The translations under genes were made by a program, and so were the position numbers. A DNA stretch of 64,000 nt from Hydrolagus colliei (Eukaryota): the NCBI GenBank assembly GCA_035084275.1, contig CM068747.1, positions 1,550,001 through 1,614,000 on the forward strand, given 5' to 3'. Of the stretch, positions 1 through 12,400 are shown piece after piece (within the stretch, counting starts at the first letter, position 1; each line of letters opens with the position of its first letter). The notes below the pieces were generated by a model, which was not told the origin of the DNA, made no database searches, and saw only the letters and a program-made list of their open reading frames with translations.

Positions 1-215
1 ACAAAAGCGCGTTTTACGTGACTGTGGAACGGGAGATCCTCCGAAGGGGCTTTTTTTTAAACTCTTCTTGAATAGGTTGCAGTTGTTGTTTGATCTATTT
101 CCCAGTGAACTGCTCCGTCTCAAATGCTTTTAACTTCTGGCTTGTTGTGGGGGCGAATCCTTGCTCTTTGTGCATCCGTGGTGACCTTGAACGTGTACTT
201 CCTGCTTCCACACAG

Positions 216-407
216 TGGCCCCGAGCCAGGGGGAGAACACTGATTTCAATCCCCAAAGTAACATTATGGAGACCCGTACTTCGGAGTCCATCACTGAGAT
301 CACCTCCAACAGTTTTGTGGTGTCCTGGGTGTCCGCCTCAGACACGGTGTCTGGTTTCAGAATCAAGTACGAGCTCAGTGAGAACGACGCCACACCTCAG
401 TACCTTG
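216..407 (+). CDS. FN1: FN1 exon, FNIII-2 first half
   Basis: cacag|TG..CTTG|gtaag; [35 protein letters not shown]. Confidence 0.93.
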
Positions 408-3400
408 GTAAGAAATGAATTTATTAACTGTGCGCTTTGTGGCTAATTGACTGGAGCGGTGAAGTCTCGTTCAGACTTATGTCAGGTAAAAAGTCATTCC
501 TCAATTTTATCTAGTGTGGTAGTTTTAAGCCACAGCATTCTAGCATTTTTGCCGCAACAGAATCTATTCCACCATGTACTCTTTGCCTGCTCTTCACAGG
601 CTCCCAAATCCTACCTTGTCTTAGTCTCTGAAGAACGTTTTGTTTTTAGGATTTAAAATCGTGCAGAATTTGTGGAAAAATTACTCAACCTAGTTTGCAA
701 ACCAATTTTCTGCAGGTGCTTTTTTTAAAGAAAAAGTAAAACTACCACATTAAGTCTAGACACAAGACTTTTCCATTATGAAACTTGGAAGACAAATACG
801 GAGACCAAAAGTACTGTTGGTAGAATTTGGGATCCTTGAATGTAACTGACATGGCCTCCTCCTTATGTTCCCCTCCCAGACGTTGCAAACACAGTTACAT
901 CTGTTTCTATCCCTGACCTGTTGCCTGGACGCAAATACATTGTCAATGTATTCGAAGTGACGGAGGAAGGCGAGAAGTTGATCCTGACGACCACTCCAAC
1001 AACTGGTAAATTCACCAAAACAATGTTAATAATAATAAGAACCACATTAATAATTTAATATCGTTAATAATTACATTTGATATACGGTAGGGCCATTCAC
1101 GTCAGGGGGACGTTTCAAAGCTTCTCACGGGAGCAGCTGTTGAATTTAATCTCTTTACACCTTTCCTTCCAGCACCTGACACTCCCACTGAATATAGTGT
1201 TGATGTTGTGGATGAAACAGCCATCACCATAAGATGGTCCCCACCTCAAGCTCCCATCACAGGTACTTTCAAATACAGTTGTAAACTCATAGACAGAAAA
1301 CGAGACACTCACATGAAGCAGGAGAACCGTTCATTGGCTTTTAAAGAGAAGAGGAAAAATTGAGATGTGTTATTTAAGGAGTCAATGTATTTATTACGAA
1401 TTGATTCTATCAACTTACATGTGACAAATGATAACCTAACGTACCTGACTGTGAATCTATTGACTGTGAAGGTTACCGAGTGGTTTACACGCCCTCTGTG
1501 GAAGGTGCCAGCACTGAACTTACTCTGCCCAGCACGTCCACCTACGTGACCTTGAGCGACCTCCACCCTGGGGTTCAGTACAACATCAGCATCTACGCTG
1601 TGGAGGAGGAACAGGAAAGCGTTCCTCTCATCATCCAGCAGACCACGGCCGGCGAGCCACTGCAAGGTACGAAGCGTCAGATCGAATGTCGGGAATTTGG
1701 TGGGGAAATCCACTTCTCTCGACCTTAGTCATTTAGGAGATTTTTGAACTCTTTTCTTCTCTATGGTTAGAAATCTGGGGTCCTTAAATGTAACTGAACT
1801 TCTGATCCAACTCCACTCATTCCTGCTTATTCTGTGAACTAGTCTGCAGGATGGGCAGCTCCTATAGTTATGGAATGGTTTACCTGGCAGGATGAGGCTG
1901 TTCCGTGAATGGGAATTCAGAATGGGAACTAGATGTCCGTCACACACTTTTAACGAAATTCTTTAAGTAATCACACAGAATCGGAACTCCTTGAGGTGCC
2001 CGTTAAGGGGCAATGTCAGTGTGAGTCTTCGAGCCGTGACACTCAAAACATTTTGTTTGTAATTTGCCGGGACAAAGAATGTTGAAAATTGCGCAAGGTT
2101 TGTACATGTCAAGTAATAAATTGGGGTGAAGGTCAGTAACAAGCTGACAGGAACATAAAAACAAAACGGCTTAACAGAAAGCAGCTGGACTGTGTTCCAC
2201 AGTGATTAACCATCCCTCCAAGGCAGTGGAGCCAGTGAAAATTACTCCCCAACGCAATCCTATATTATCAGCAATACGATCAGCACAATACGGGTCATGT
2301 TTCAGCGCAGTCAGACTTTCACTAAACTACATTCTGGTGGAAACATTTTAAAATTCACTGGCCAGTCTGCAGACCAAAAAGCAGACAGGAATGCACTGTA
2401 AACTGGCCTTTGTCCTGCTCTTCTCCAGCCTGCTCGGGGCATGGATGACCTTATAGGGTCAAAACTCTGCAGAAATTGTCTTTATATTTTTTTAGTGTAG
2501 CAGAAAACCACAGCAATAATTTTCCCCAACAGAAACATTCATTCATTAAAACAGAACGGCTCACAAGACAAAAGCACTTTGTCTTGTCTGTATGTCTGTC
2601 TTCAAAGCAGGATGAGTGACTATTCAGTCCATAGTACATTCTCGTTGCCATATTGGGTCAAAACATTCTGCAGAAATCTTTGTCTGATAAGGTTTGAGGG
2701 AATGTTTTTCCTCAGGATTGATGAATGGAGGGTTACTGGGTATCACTAATAAGGTTGCATTACTTTGATGGAAAGTGTGAAGAGCTTTGGTAAGGTGAAC
2801 ACAAAAAAGACTTCCACGTTTCTGTACAAAGATAAAATTGTCTCACAGGCTAAGACCAGGAGGAATTTAGGGCTTTTTGCACTGGGGACTTCCTTCCTAG
2901 TAGACACCTAGTTTGCGCCTGCGTCTGCATATCCTTTTCAATTATTCCTTTTCAAGTACCTCGACGTAATTCACTATTTAAAAAATATATATATATTGAG
3001 TTGCCCTAAGAACAGTGCATGATCGAGAACTCTGGCCTCCCTCTGTGTGAAGAGATTTTTTTTTTCCAATCTCCCTTTTAATTGGTTTTTCATCTCAGAA
3101 GGCACCTTGGGAAGACAGGACTTTCAAACTTTTCAAATTGACCCAATTTCACACGATTTCGAGAACTCCCTAAACTGTAAGGGAGAATCCAGTTGTAGGC
3201 TGGGACGAGGTGTAATAATGTGCGTGTGGAAAGGCTTTGCAGTGGCAGCTGCTGTTTACAATCTAATCTGACCCAATTTCTCTGGGTGGGAATTCCAGGC
3301 GTCCTGGAGTCCCCCACCAACCTGCAGTTTGTTGACGTGGCCGAGTCCAAGATAACCATCATGTGGAACCCACCAAACGCTGAAGTCACTGGCTACCGTG

Positions 3401-6400
3401 TCAAGATCCACCCCCTCACCCGGCCCAGGGAGCCAGCCTTTGAACTGCCCATCACTAGAAATTTTGCCGAGGTCACCAGCCTCTCCCCCGGCACCACCTA
3501 CCGCTTCGAAATCTACGCCTTGAACTTCGACACCGAGAGCACACCACTGGTCGGGGAGAAAAGCACCAGTAAGTAGATGTTCATATTTGCTAAACATGTA
3601 GCATTTCACTGCTCCCACAATCCAGACTGGGAACCACTGGTAGCGCCTCGAAAGCCACAGTAAAACTTCCACCCCATTAATATTAATTTCTGTGGTATTG
3701 CAACACCATATCACATTGTGGTGATGTCTCAATAAGGCTTTCTGTATGACTTTTTACTGTACAGTATTATTAGTTCTAGGTCCTGCTTGCCTCGGGATTC
3801 CAGTGGCCATAACGAAACTGATATCCTGCTATAAAATTCCCCAAACCTCCCAAGACTTTATATGTCTGTTTGTGGGACATTAACTGTGCACAAATTGCCC
3901 GTTTATATTTGTCTACAAAGTGCACAGTGACTGAACTTCCCAATAAAATTCTGCTTTGAGGTGACCTAATAACAGTCAAGTCTCTTATTAATAATAAATA
4001 ATAATAAATTAATATCTTATCTCTCAATTGAATTGGTTGCTCATCTCATTGTTTGCAGGTGGGATGATGCTGGTGCAGATTAGTTTCCACCTTTGCCTGC
4101 AGAAGAACGTTCATTTCGTGCTTTGTGATATTTGTTGTTTTGTAAAGTGTTTTGATGCTATCTGAGTAAAATGTTTTTGTTACATGAGATATGGTTCTGT
4201 GAATTCACCGCTCTGAATATACTGTCATATTTACTATGTCAGCCTGGCTCAGTTAGCAATGCTCTCACCTCTGATCGTGGACACTCCCAATGCAGTTTGC
4301 TACAGTGTCGGACATGCTGTGAGAATGTTAATCAAAACAGTGTCCCATCTACTGTTTAGGTGGGCATTAAAAACTCCCTATGGTACTTGAAAAAACAAGT
4401 GGGTTTCTCCCGGTCAACAATCCCTCCTGATAAATTTGTGCCTCTCGATTGTCTATTTGTGGGATATTGACCAGCACAAATTGACTGCCAATATTTGCCT
4501 ACAAATACAGTCACTGCATTTTGCCGCAAAATCTTGTGAAGGACTTTGAGGCCGCTTAGTGATGTGATAAGGTGCCACATCAAATGCCACCATAAAATTG
4601 TATGTTAATCCTTTCACGTAAGGAGGACAACTCGCGAAGTGCTTCACAGGATTGATTTTTGAAGTGGAGAGACTCTTTGCTTATCGGTACCATCGTGTGC
4701 GTGTTTCTGCCCACCCGGTTTCTCTGGTGATTCTCACGTGTCGTTCTTGCATGGTTTCTCTCAAAAAAAATAGAACTGGATTCCCCAACCAACCTTGAGT
4801 TCAGAAACGTCAGCGATACATCTGCGATTGTGACCTGGACGTCGCCTGTGGGCAGAATCACTGGCTACCTCCTGGTCTGGGGCCTGACCACTGGTGGGCA
4901 GCCCAAGACCGACAACTTGCAACCCGGCGTCACCCGCTACCACCTGAACAGACTCCAGCCCGGAACCGAGTACGTCGTGGCTCTCACTGCCGTGCAGGAC
5001 AACCAGCAAAGCCCGAGAATCCACAGCATGCTGACCACCTGTGAGTGTCCCTCTCGGTTGTGTTCGTTACCCCCCCCCCCCACCCCCACGTTCCCCCCCC
5101 CCCCCCCCACCCCCCTTCTCTGTGGTGTAATCCTGCCCGCTGCAGACCTGTGGTGCTGCCGTCCTGGTTACGTCTGTCTGTCTGTCTGTCGACGTGTTAT
5201 TCTTGAGCACAAACAGAAAAGATCTGTTGCCATTTGAATCTGTGTTGATGATTGTCTGGTGACATTTTGGATGCGGGCGAGAATGGGAGGGGGGTGGGGG
5301 CGAAATGCAGATTGGGATAAGGTTGGGCGGTGGGGCAGTAGGTTGGGGGGGGGGGGGGGGGGAAGAGGCCCCCAACCCTCCTCAGAGTTTAGGACCAGAT
5401 GCCATGTGTGTACATGCGTTTTTTAAATGTCTTTTCTTTTTGATTACAGTGGAGTCTATGGGCCCGATTCCTAACTTTAACACTGAAGTGACCGACACAG
5501 ATGTCTTGATTACCTGGACTCCCATCAAGAGGATTTCCTTCAGGGTGAGAATGTTGCCACGCATTGAATCGCTGGTTCATTAAAAAGATGCCAGTTAAAT
5601 AATAATTAATTATTGCCTTTGATTGGCAACTACAATTTCAAAACATCTCCTCCACACCACGTCACAGGGAATTGCTGCATGTGTCAGTGTGTGTTTTAGT
5701 GCACGTGAGCTCGGATTTCAAATCGATTGATGACGTGTGACTAGTCTACAGATATGTGTGCCATGGTCTCTGGGTGAAGGCCTGAGTCTGTAACTCACTG
5801 ATTTCATGCAGATTTAATAATAATAATAATAATAACCCTTGCATTTGATAGAGCGCTTTCCACATCTTACCAACGTCCCAAAGCGCTTCACAGAATATAC
5901 TGTAAAGTGAATTGACTGTATATATTTGTAGGCGAATTTATGTGGCGGTGTATAATTTCGTCTTTCCTCTTCCGTTAGGTGAGAGTCTGGCCAAGCGAGG
6001 GTGGAGAGAACCCCAAAGAAGAAATTTCAGACACTGGCCTGATTGTTATCACAGGCCTGACATCAGGAATCGAATACACGGTTGAAATCTCGCTGCTGGA
6101 CGAAGGGCAGGAACGGGAAAGCCCCATCGTTAAGAAAGTTGTTACCGGTGAGCTCCTAACTTGTTAACATCCCACCAAGGGGTTGGGGGGTAGGGGGGTG
6201 GACGGGGATGGTGGCTGGGTTGTAAGATTCGATTATGCGTCATATTTAAGCGCTCTGAGACGCCGTCCGGGGTGGAGGGCGCTATATAAACCGATGTTGT
6301 TGTCATCGTGAACTCCACAGATCCCCTTCGTGTACCGCAAAGCACAGCTTCTCCTTGAACTTCTCTCAGGGTCCCTTTCTAAGGAACCGGTGAAGTGCGT

Positions 6401-9400
6401 TACGCCAACTTGTGGGGAGTTCCACTCCCGATACGATCCACCTTCGGAGCAGAGTTTCCACGGGTCACGGGCTGCCTGTGTCTGGCTGACGTAAACGAGT
6501 CCACGCGTGGGTTCCTTATTAAATAGCCTCGTTTTAAGTATTGCAGTGAATTAAGTAGAGATTGATGGGGGTGGTGTTTGAATCTCGGTATTCTTACATT
6601 TGCTCATCTACATTTGAAATCGGCCATGGCAGCTCTTGAAAATCTCTGTTCTGGCGCTTGCTTTCACCGTGCATTTGTTGCATTGATTGACGTTGTTTGT
6701 GACCTCTTCACACACAGAGCTGTCCCCACCTACTGATCTGCACGTCCAGTCCAACCCCAGCACTGGAGAACTGACTGTCACCTGGCAAGAAACAGCATCG
6801 CCAGGTAACGGAAACATTTTTACTCGTTCATTTGAAATTGCTGTTTGGTGGAAGTTATATGTCCCTGTTGAGAATCTGTACCAGTTACTCCCACACTGTG
6901 GATTCTCAAACGGCAAATGTAACTTCCTCTGTGGTGATTAGTTACATGATACGATGTGCGTGTATTTCATATGAACAGTCCAGTGATCTGTGTGTTCCGC
7001 TCTTTGGGAGACAATTAACTTCTCTTAGTTTCGTACAAATGTGTAGAGAAGTACACTTTTTCTATCTCGTTTTATCGGGGCGGGGGGAAGACGTCAGGAG
7101 AGGAACCTCCTGAAGTTACATTGGAAATGGCATTGAAGTAAGCAAACCCGGGTGAATGCTTTAGCATGAACCAAGGCAGCAGTACAAGAAGACGGAAGTT
7201 TACAGTTGTAAAAGAGTAATTTCAGGACACACACCAGGTTTCCCTCAGCTACAGGGTAATTAACAAAGGCCAGGGCTAGCTTACAAAATGCCTTGACTGC
7301 ATTGAGCTACTCTTTAATTGTTTTGCTGATCTGATCAGAAACTGTGAAAGCAGAATTAACTTAATGTCCTTATAATCAAAAGAACAAGACTGTTTTGTAT
7401 TGCTGTCAAGAGATTAATGTTCGTTGAACAGTATTTCCAGGAAACTCCTCCTGTGACAGGATTAATTGCATTTATCTGGCATTTCAATGTGTCCTAAAGT
7501 TTGAAAAAGATATTTTAAGTTTCAAAAGCTGTAGAAAAGGCTTTAATTTCAGTTGAGGCTGAATCAAATGATCCTGGAAGTCAAATTCTGGATACTGAAA
7601 TAGAGCATAAATAGAGTAGATATAGACCAGGTGCGATTGTGTTCCTTCCCACAAGTTCCTGGAAGATTCCTCAGTTGTCAACATGTCTTGTGTTCGCGCG
7701 CGCGCGCGCACACACACACACACACAAATAAAACTCCAGCCAATTCCCCCCCAATTGTTTTTTTTGCTCGTGTGAACTAATCAGTTTTGCATTGCGAAAT
7801 GCCCTGTGTAGGTGTGACTGGTTACCGAGTGACATGCGCCCCCAAGGATGGTCAGCAAGGCGGGAGCACACTGGAGGAGTATGTCCAAGTCGGACAGAAC
7901 TACTGGACCACGGATACCCTGAGCCCCGGTGTTGAATACAATGTCAGCGTTTACACCATAAAAGGCAACTTGGAAAGTGTTCCAGTTTCCACAATAATAA
8001 CGCAAGGTAAACATGCGCGAAAACGAAAGTTGCCTTGTCCGGCTCTGGCCAGAGCCTCTCAACCAATTCAAGGTAATTGAGGACAGCCTCTGGGGCCATG
8101 GAATGGGTGAGTGTGTTGTAACGGGTGAGGGTGTCTCCTGACTGTAGACTTGGGTGGGTGGGGAGGGGAGCGCCATTGTCCACTGTGCAGGTAGGACGCA
8201 CTTTTGGCTTCTGAATCTTTACATCTGCTTTCTCTTAATGCCACAATATGAGCATTTTATTTCATGCTTAAAATGCAGATGCTGATTTCCGCACACACAC
8301 ACACCCCCCCACCCCTCACCCCGCACCCACCGCCAATGCTCAAATACCCTTAATTGTCAACTGCACCTTCTTTCACCGTGAAGGCCTTTTCATTTGAACC
8401 GAGCCTCCTGCTGTAGCTTTCACTAACTTGTGCCTTGGACTAATAGAAGGCCTTTCGAGCTCTGGGTTAAAGGTGATATGAAAAATGGCTGAAGCTTTTT
8501 GTTTTTTTAAAAAAAAGCTAAATTTAAACAATACAATAATGGATAAGATCTTAAAATTGTTCAGGTTTTAAAATTGTATCTCGTATGGTATAAAGGAATA
8601 CAATCAGCCACAGTCGCTGCACTTTGAAGCGCTTTGGGACATCCTCCCAATGTGAAAGGCGCTATCAAAATGTAAGAAGTTATTATAATTTGACGTGTGT
8701 TTTCTGAGTGTGATTAATCTTAAAACAGGATAAGTGTTCCGGGAAGTAAAAAGAAGCATTTAACGCATATCACCTTTTGAACGCTTCTTCACTGCAAATC
8801 AAAATCATTCTTTTAAAAGCCATCATGCTGTTCATTTCTTTCACCATATTTCCTCCTTGTTGCCATTTAACCGATTAGACGTCCCCCAGCTCACTGACCT
8901 CACCTTCGTCGATGTTAGCGACTCCAGCATTGGTCTCAGATGGACACCACTAAACTATTCTACCATTACTGGCTACCGCATCACTGCCATTGCCGCCGGG
9001 GAATCGGTCCCTATATTTGAAGATTTTGTGAGCTCGTCTACAGGATATTACACTGTTTACGGACTGGAACCCGGGATACACTACGACATCAGTGTTGTTA
9101 CTCTTGTAGAGGGTGGTGAGAGTATTGCCACAACGCGACAGCAGCAAACTGGTGAATTTGTGTAACTCTTTCACCCCCTCCCAACTGTCCAGTGCCCGCA
9201 GTGCTACATGACTTCACAAAGTCTTCTATTGTTTGTGTGTGCGGTTGGTTTTCCGCCAAATTTGCACGAGTTGTCGCTGCACCTTTTGCACTCGGGGGCG
9301 TTTCGCCGAAAAAAGCGACACTCGATGACTGACTCTCAAACAAAATGCATGTAGCACTGTATGGTACAAAGCCACTGTGATCTCTCTCTCTCTCTGTGTG

Positions 9401-12400
9401 TGTCTGTCTGTGTGTGTGTGTCTGGTGTGAGTGTCTTGTGTGTCTGTGTGTTGTGTGTGTGTGTGCGCATGAGTTGAGTTTGTGCTTGTGGTTTCCTAGA
9501 TGGCATCTCATAATGGATTGTTCTTCCTGCGAACTGGGACCTTGAAATGTACTTTTGCCAAAGAACATCATGAGCAGATTTCTGCTGACTACTCTTTTTT
9601 TTTTCGTGGTGGGGGAGTTGGGGGAGTTGGATGGCGGTGTCCTCTTGTTAACACACGGATTTCGTAACTTTTCTTCTTCATCATCAAAGGAAAAACAATC
9701 CAGTGTGGCAGAGTTTTGACTTGTTTTTATTGCATGTGAGGTGGTTTCCACGGGATAACTGGAATCTTCTCTCTTTAATTTCAATGAAACCCCTAGAAAG
9801 ACTCGAATGAGCCTGAACTAAATCCCGTGCAGGATACGGCAATGAAACCATATTTCATGCAGCGGTCACAAATAGTCATCTTTTTCGTTACGCTAATTCT
9901 GCTTAAAAAGACTGGGGAATTCCCGCTATAAAACTATGAGGAATCCTGTTATAAACTAGTGGGTGTCCTATTAAAAAGACTATGGGGATAATGCCCACTG
10001 TCAGTAATGGAGATTCTGTTTGTGGGAGTCCTGTAGCTCAGTGGCTAGAGCATTCGCCTTACATTCGAGAGGACCTGGGTTCAACTCCAGGCAGGCTGAA
10101 ACCTTGGGCAAGTTTCCTTACTCCACACGCCTAATAATCCCTATAAAAAAACAACAACAACAATAATAAATTGGTCATTTCAATCCACGGTTGTTTGTGG
10201 GACACTTCTGTTTGCAATTGGCTGCCAGGTTTCCTCCACATATATACAGTCAATTCACTTTACAGTATATTCCGTGAAGTGCTTTGAGATGTCTAGAGGT
10301 CATGAAAAGCGCTATGACAAATGCATGAATTATTATTATTGTTATAAAATAATAAGGAAATCCCTCTAAACAATGAGGATAATAACAATAATAATCTTTG
10401 CGTTTGGTAAAGTGCCTTATCACGTCAGAAGGCTGTCTTAAAACCACTTCACAGGATTTACTGTGACATTCAGTGGCTGTATTCTGCAGGCAAAAATACT
10501 CTTTATAGAATTCTCCCTATAAACAATGAGGATTCCCATATAAACGCTCGGGGATTCCCTTTATAATCTCCTTGAAAACAAAATCCCACTGTAAACAGGT
10601 AACAAAAAAATTTAACTATTTGCAACGATCTGCAGGTGTTTGTGCCTCTGTGGTGCTCAGTTCTTTCTAACATATTGGTTACACTTGATTTCTGCGTGCT
10701 GGAAAGAGTTAAATGTCTGCTTGCATTAACTAACCTGTGCCATTTTTCTCATGTTCTCCCCTGCGCCCTCATCTTATTTTTCTGCCTGTTCTGGAGAGAA
10801 TGTGTTTTGTTGACTAGTCGTTCCGTTCCTGCTTTGCAGTGGTCCCCCCTCCCACTGACCTGCGCTTCACCAATGTGGAACCGAACTCAGTAAGACTCAT
10901 CTGGACACCACCCAATTCAGTCGACCTCAGCAGCTTCCATGTGAACTACTTCCCCGTCGGGGATGAGGACAATGAAATCAAAGTCACCATTTCACCTTCC
11001 GATAGCACGCTAATACTGACAGGTAAAAGACTGGTTTTATAAATCTCCCATGTGTGGGGTCGGACTAATTATTCACACTCTCCACTATTGGGCTCCTTGT
11101 CATAATAATAATAATCCTTGCATTTGATATAGTGCTTTTCACGTCTTCTAGATGTCTCAAAGCGCATCACAGAATATACTGTAAAAGTGAATTGACTGTA
11201 TATATATTTGTGGATGAACGCGGCATTCAATTGTGCACAGCAGCGGCCCACAAAACAGTCATGTGGAAGAGATGGATTTGGCTTCAGATGTTCAACCGAG
11301 TGGGTCTCCCGATAATACAATGGCTCAGTATGAGTGAGTGAGCAGATGCAGACTCAGACCAGAATAACATTATTGGATGTGCTTGTGTGTCCTTCAGATC
11401 TGCAGCCTGATACGGAATACAAGGTTCTTGTCATCTCCGTGATTGATGAGCGCGAGAGTACGCCACTCATTGGATACTTTAAAACAGGTATGATACAAAC
11501 GAGAGTGGGTAAACTTGGTTGCTTTGTTTTTTTGCAAGGCACAGGTTGGCTTAGCTTCTGGAGAAGATTCCCTCGGATTCATCCCACTACCAGTCAATCC
11601 ATGCTGCACTAGAGATTAATTGCCCATTCCAAAATGTATTCTAAAAATTCCAATGATGTTTTTACAGATGTTGTATAATTTTGAATGGCTGGGAATGGGC
11701 AAAAAAAATGCCCAGGGTTAATAATAATAACAGTATGGTAATAACCGAGTGTTATAATAGCAGAGAGTGATGAGAGCACTGGCACAGGCCACTGCTAATG
11801 AGCTGCTATTCTACATTAATTGTACGATTGTGTAACCAAGACCTACACGTAGACTTCTTGCGAAAAATGGTGCAGTCTTTGCCTGGCAGGCAGTAGCCAC
11901 TCTCAGTTTGCGGAATCATTTCTTTTCTTATGCAACAATATTGGACCAGAAATATTTTCTCATAAAAATATTCCTCAACTATTCAAATATTTAAAATATT
12001 GTTTCCCCCCCCCCGCTTGGTTCACCCCCTGCAAGCTCGGCAGCCAAGTTGATCAACGTTTTTAACCAGCATCTGGTGCAAGATCAATGTATTTATATTT
12101 GTATATAATATTATACTTATAATTTCACATTCCAGGAGTGGCTGGGCTCACATCAAATTAGGCTGTTTTTGTTTTAAAATGAGGCTTGTTTTGTAGTCCT
12201 GTAAACTGTGTTGTAACATTTCCTTTGGTGTTTGTTTGTGTGCTTTCCTAGGCATTGACACCCCAACTGGCATTGACTTCTCTGAGACCACCACCACCTC
12301 GTTCACTGTGCACTGGACGCCACCCCATGCCCAAGTGACCGGGTACAGAATACGGTTTCACGCTGAGGGAGGATCGAAGACGAAGGATGAACGTGTGCCT

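Noticed and set aside
9098-9784. 228-aa antisense ORF
   Set aside because: Runs through (CA)/(GA) microsatellites and antisense to EDB; no protein-family signal
10024-10095. tRNA gene-like sequences (also 32100-32180, 41510-41576, 56502-56570)
   Set aside because: These are SINE heads followed by core and tail; no intact cloverleaf or poly-T terminator
9905-10600. CRISPR-like repeat array
   Set aside because: Degenerate tandem units without unique spacers; vertebrate intron; no cas genes
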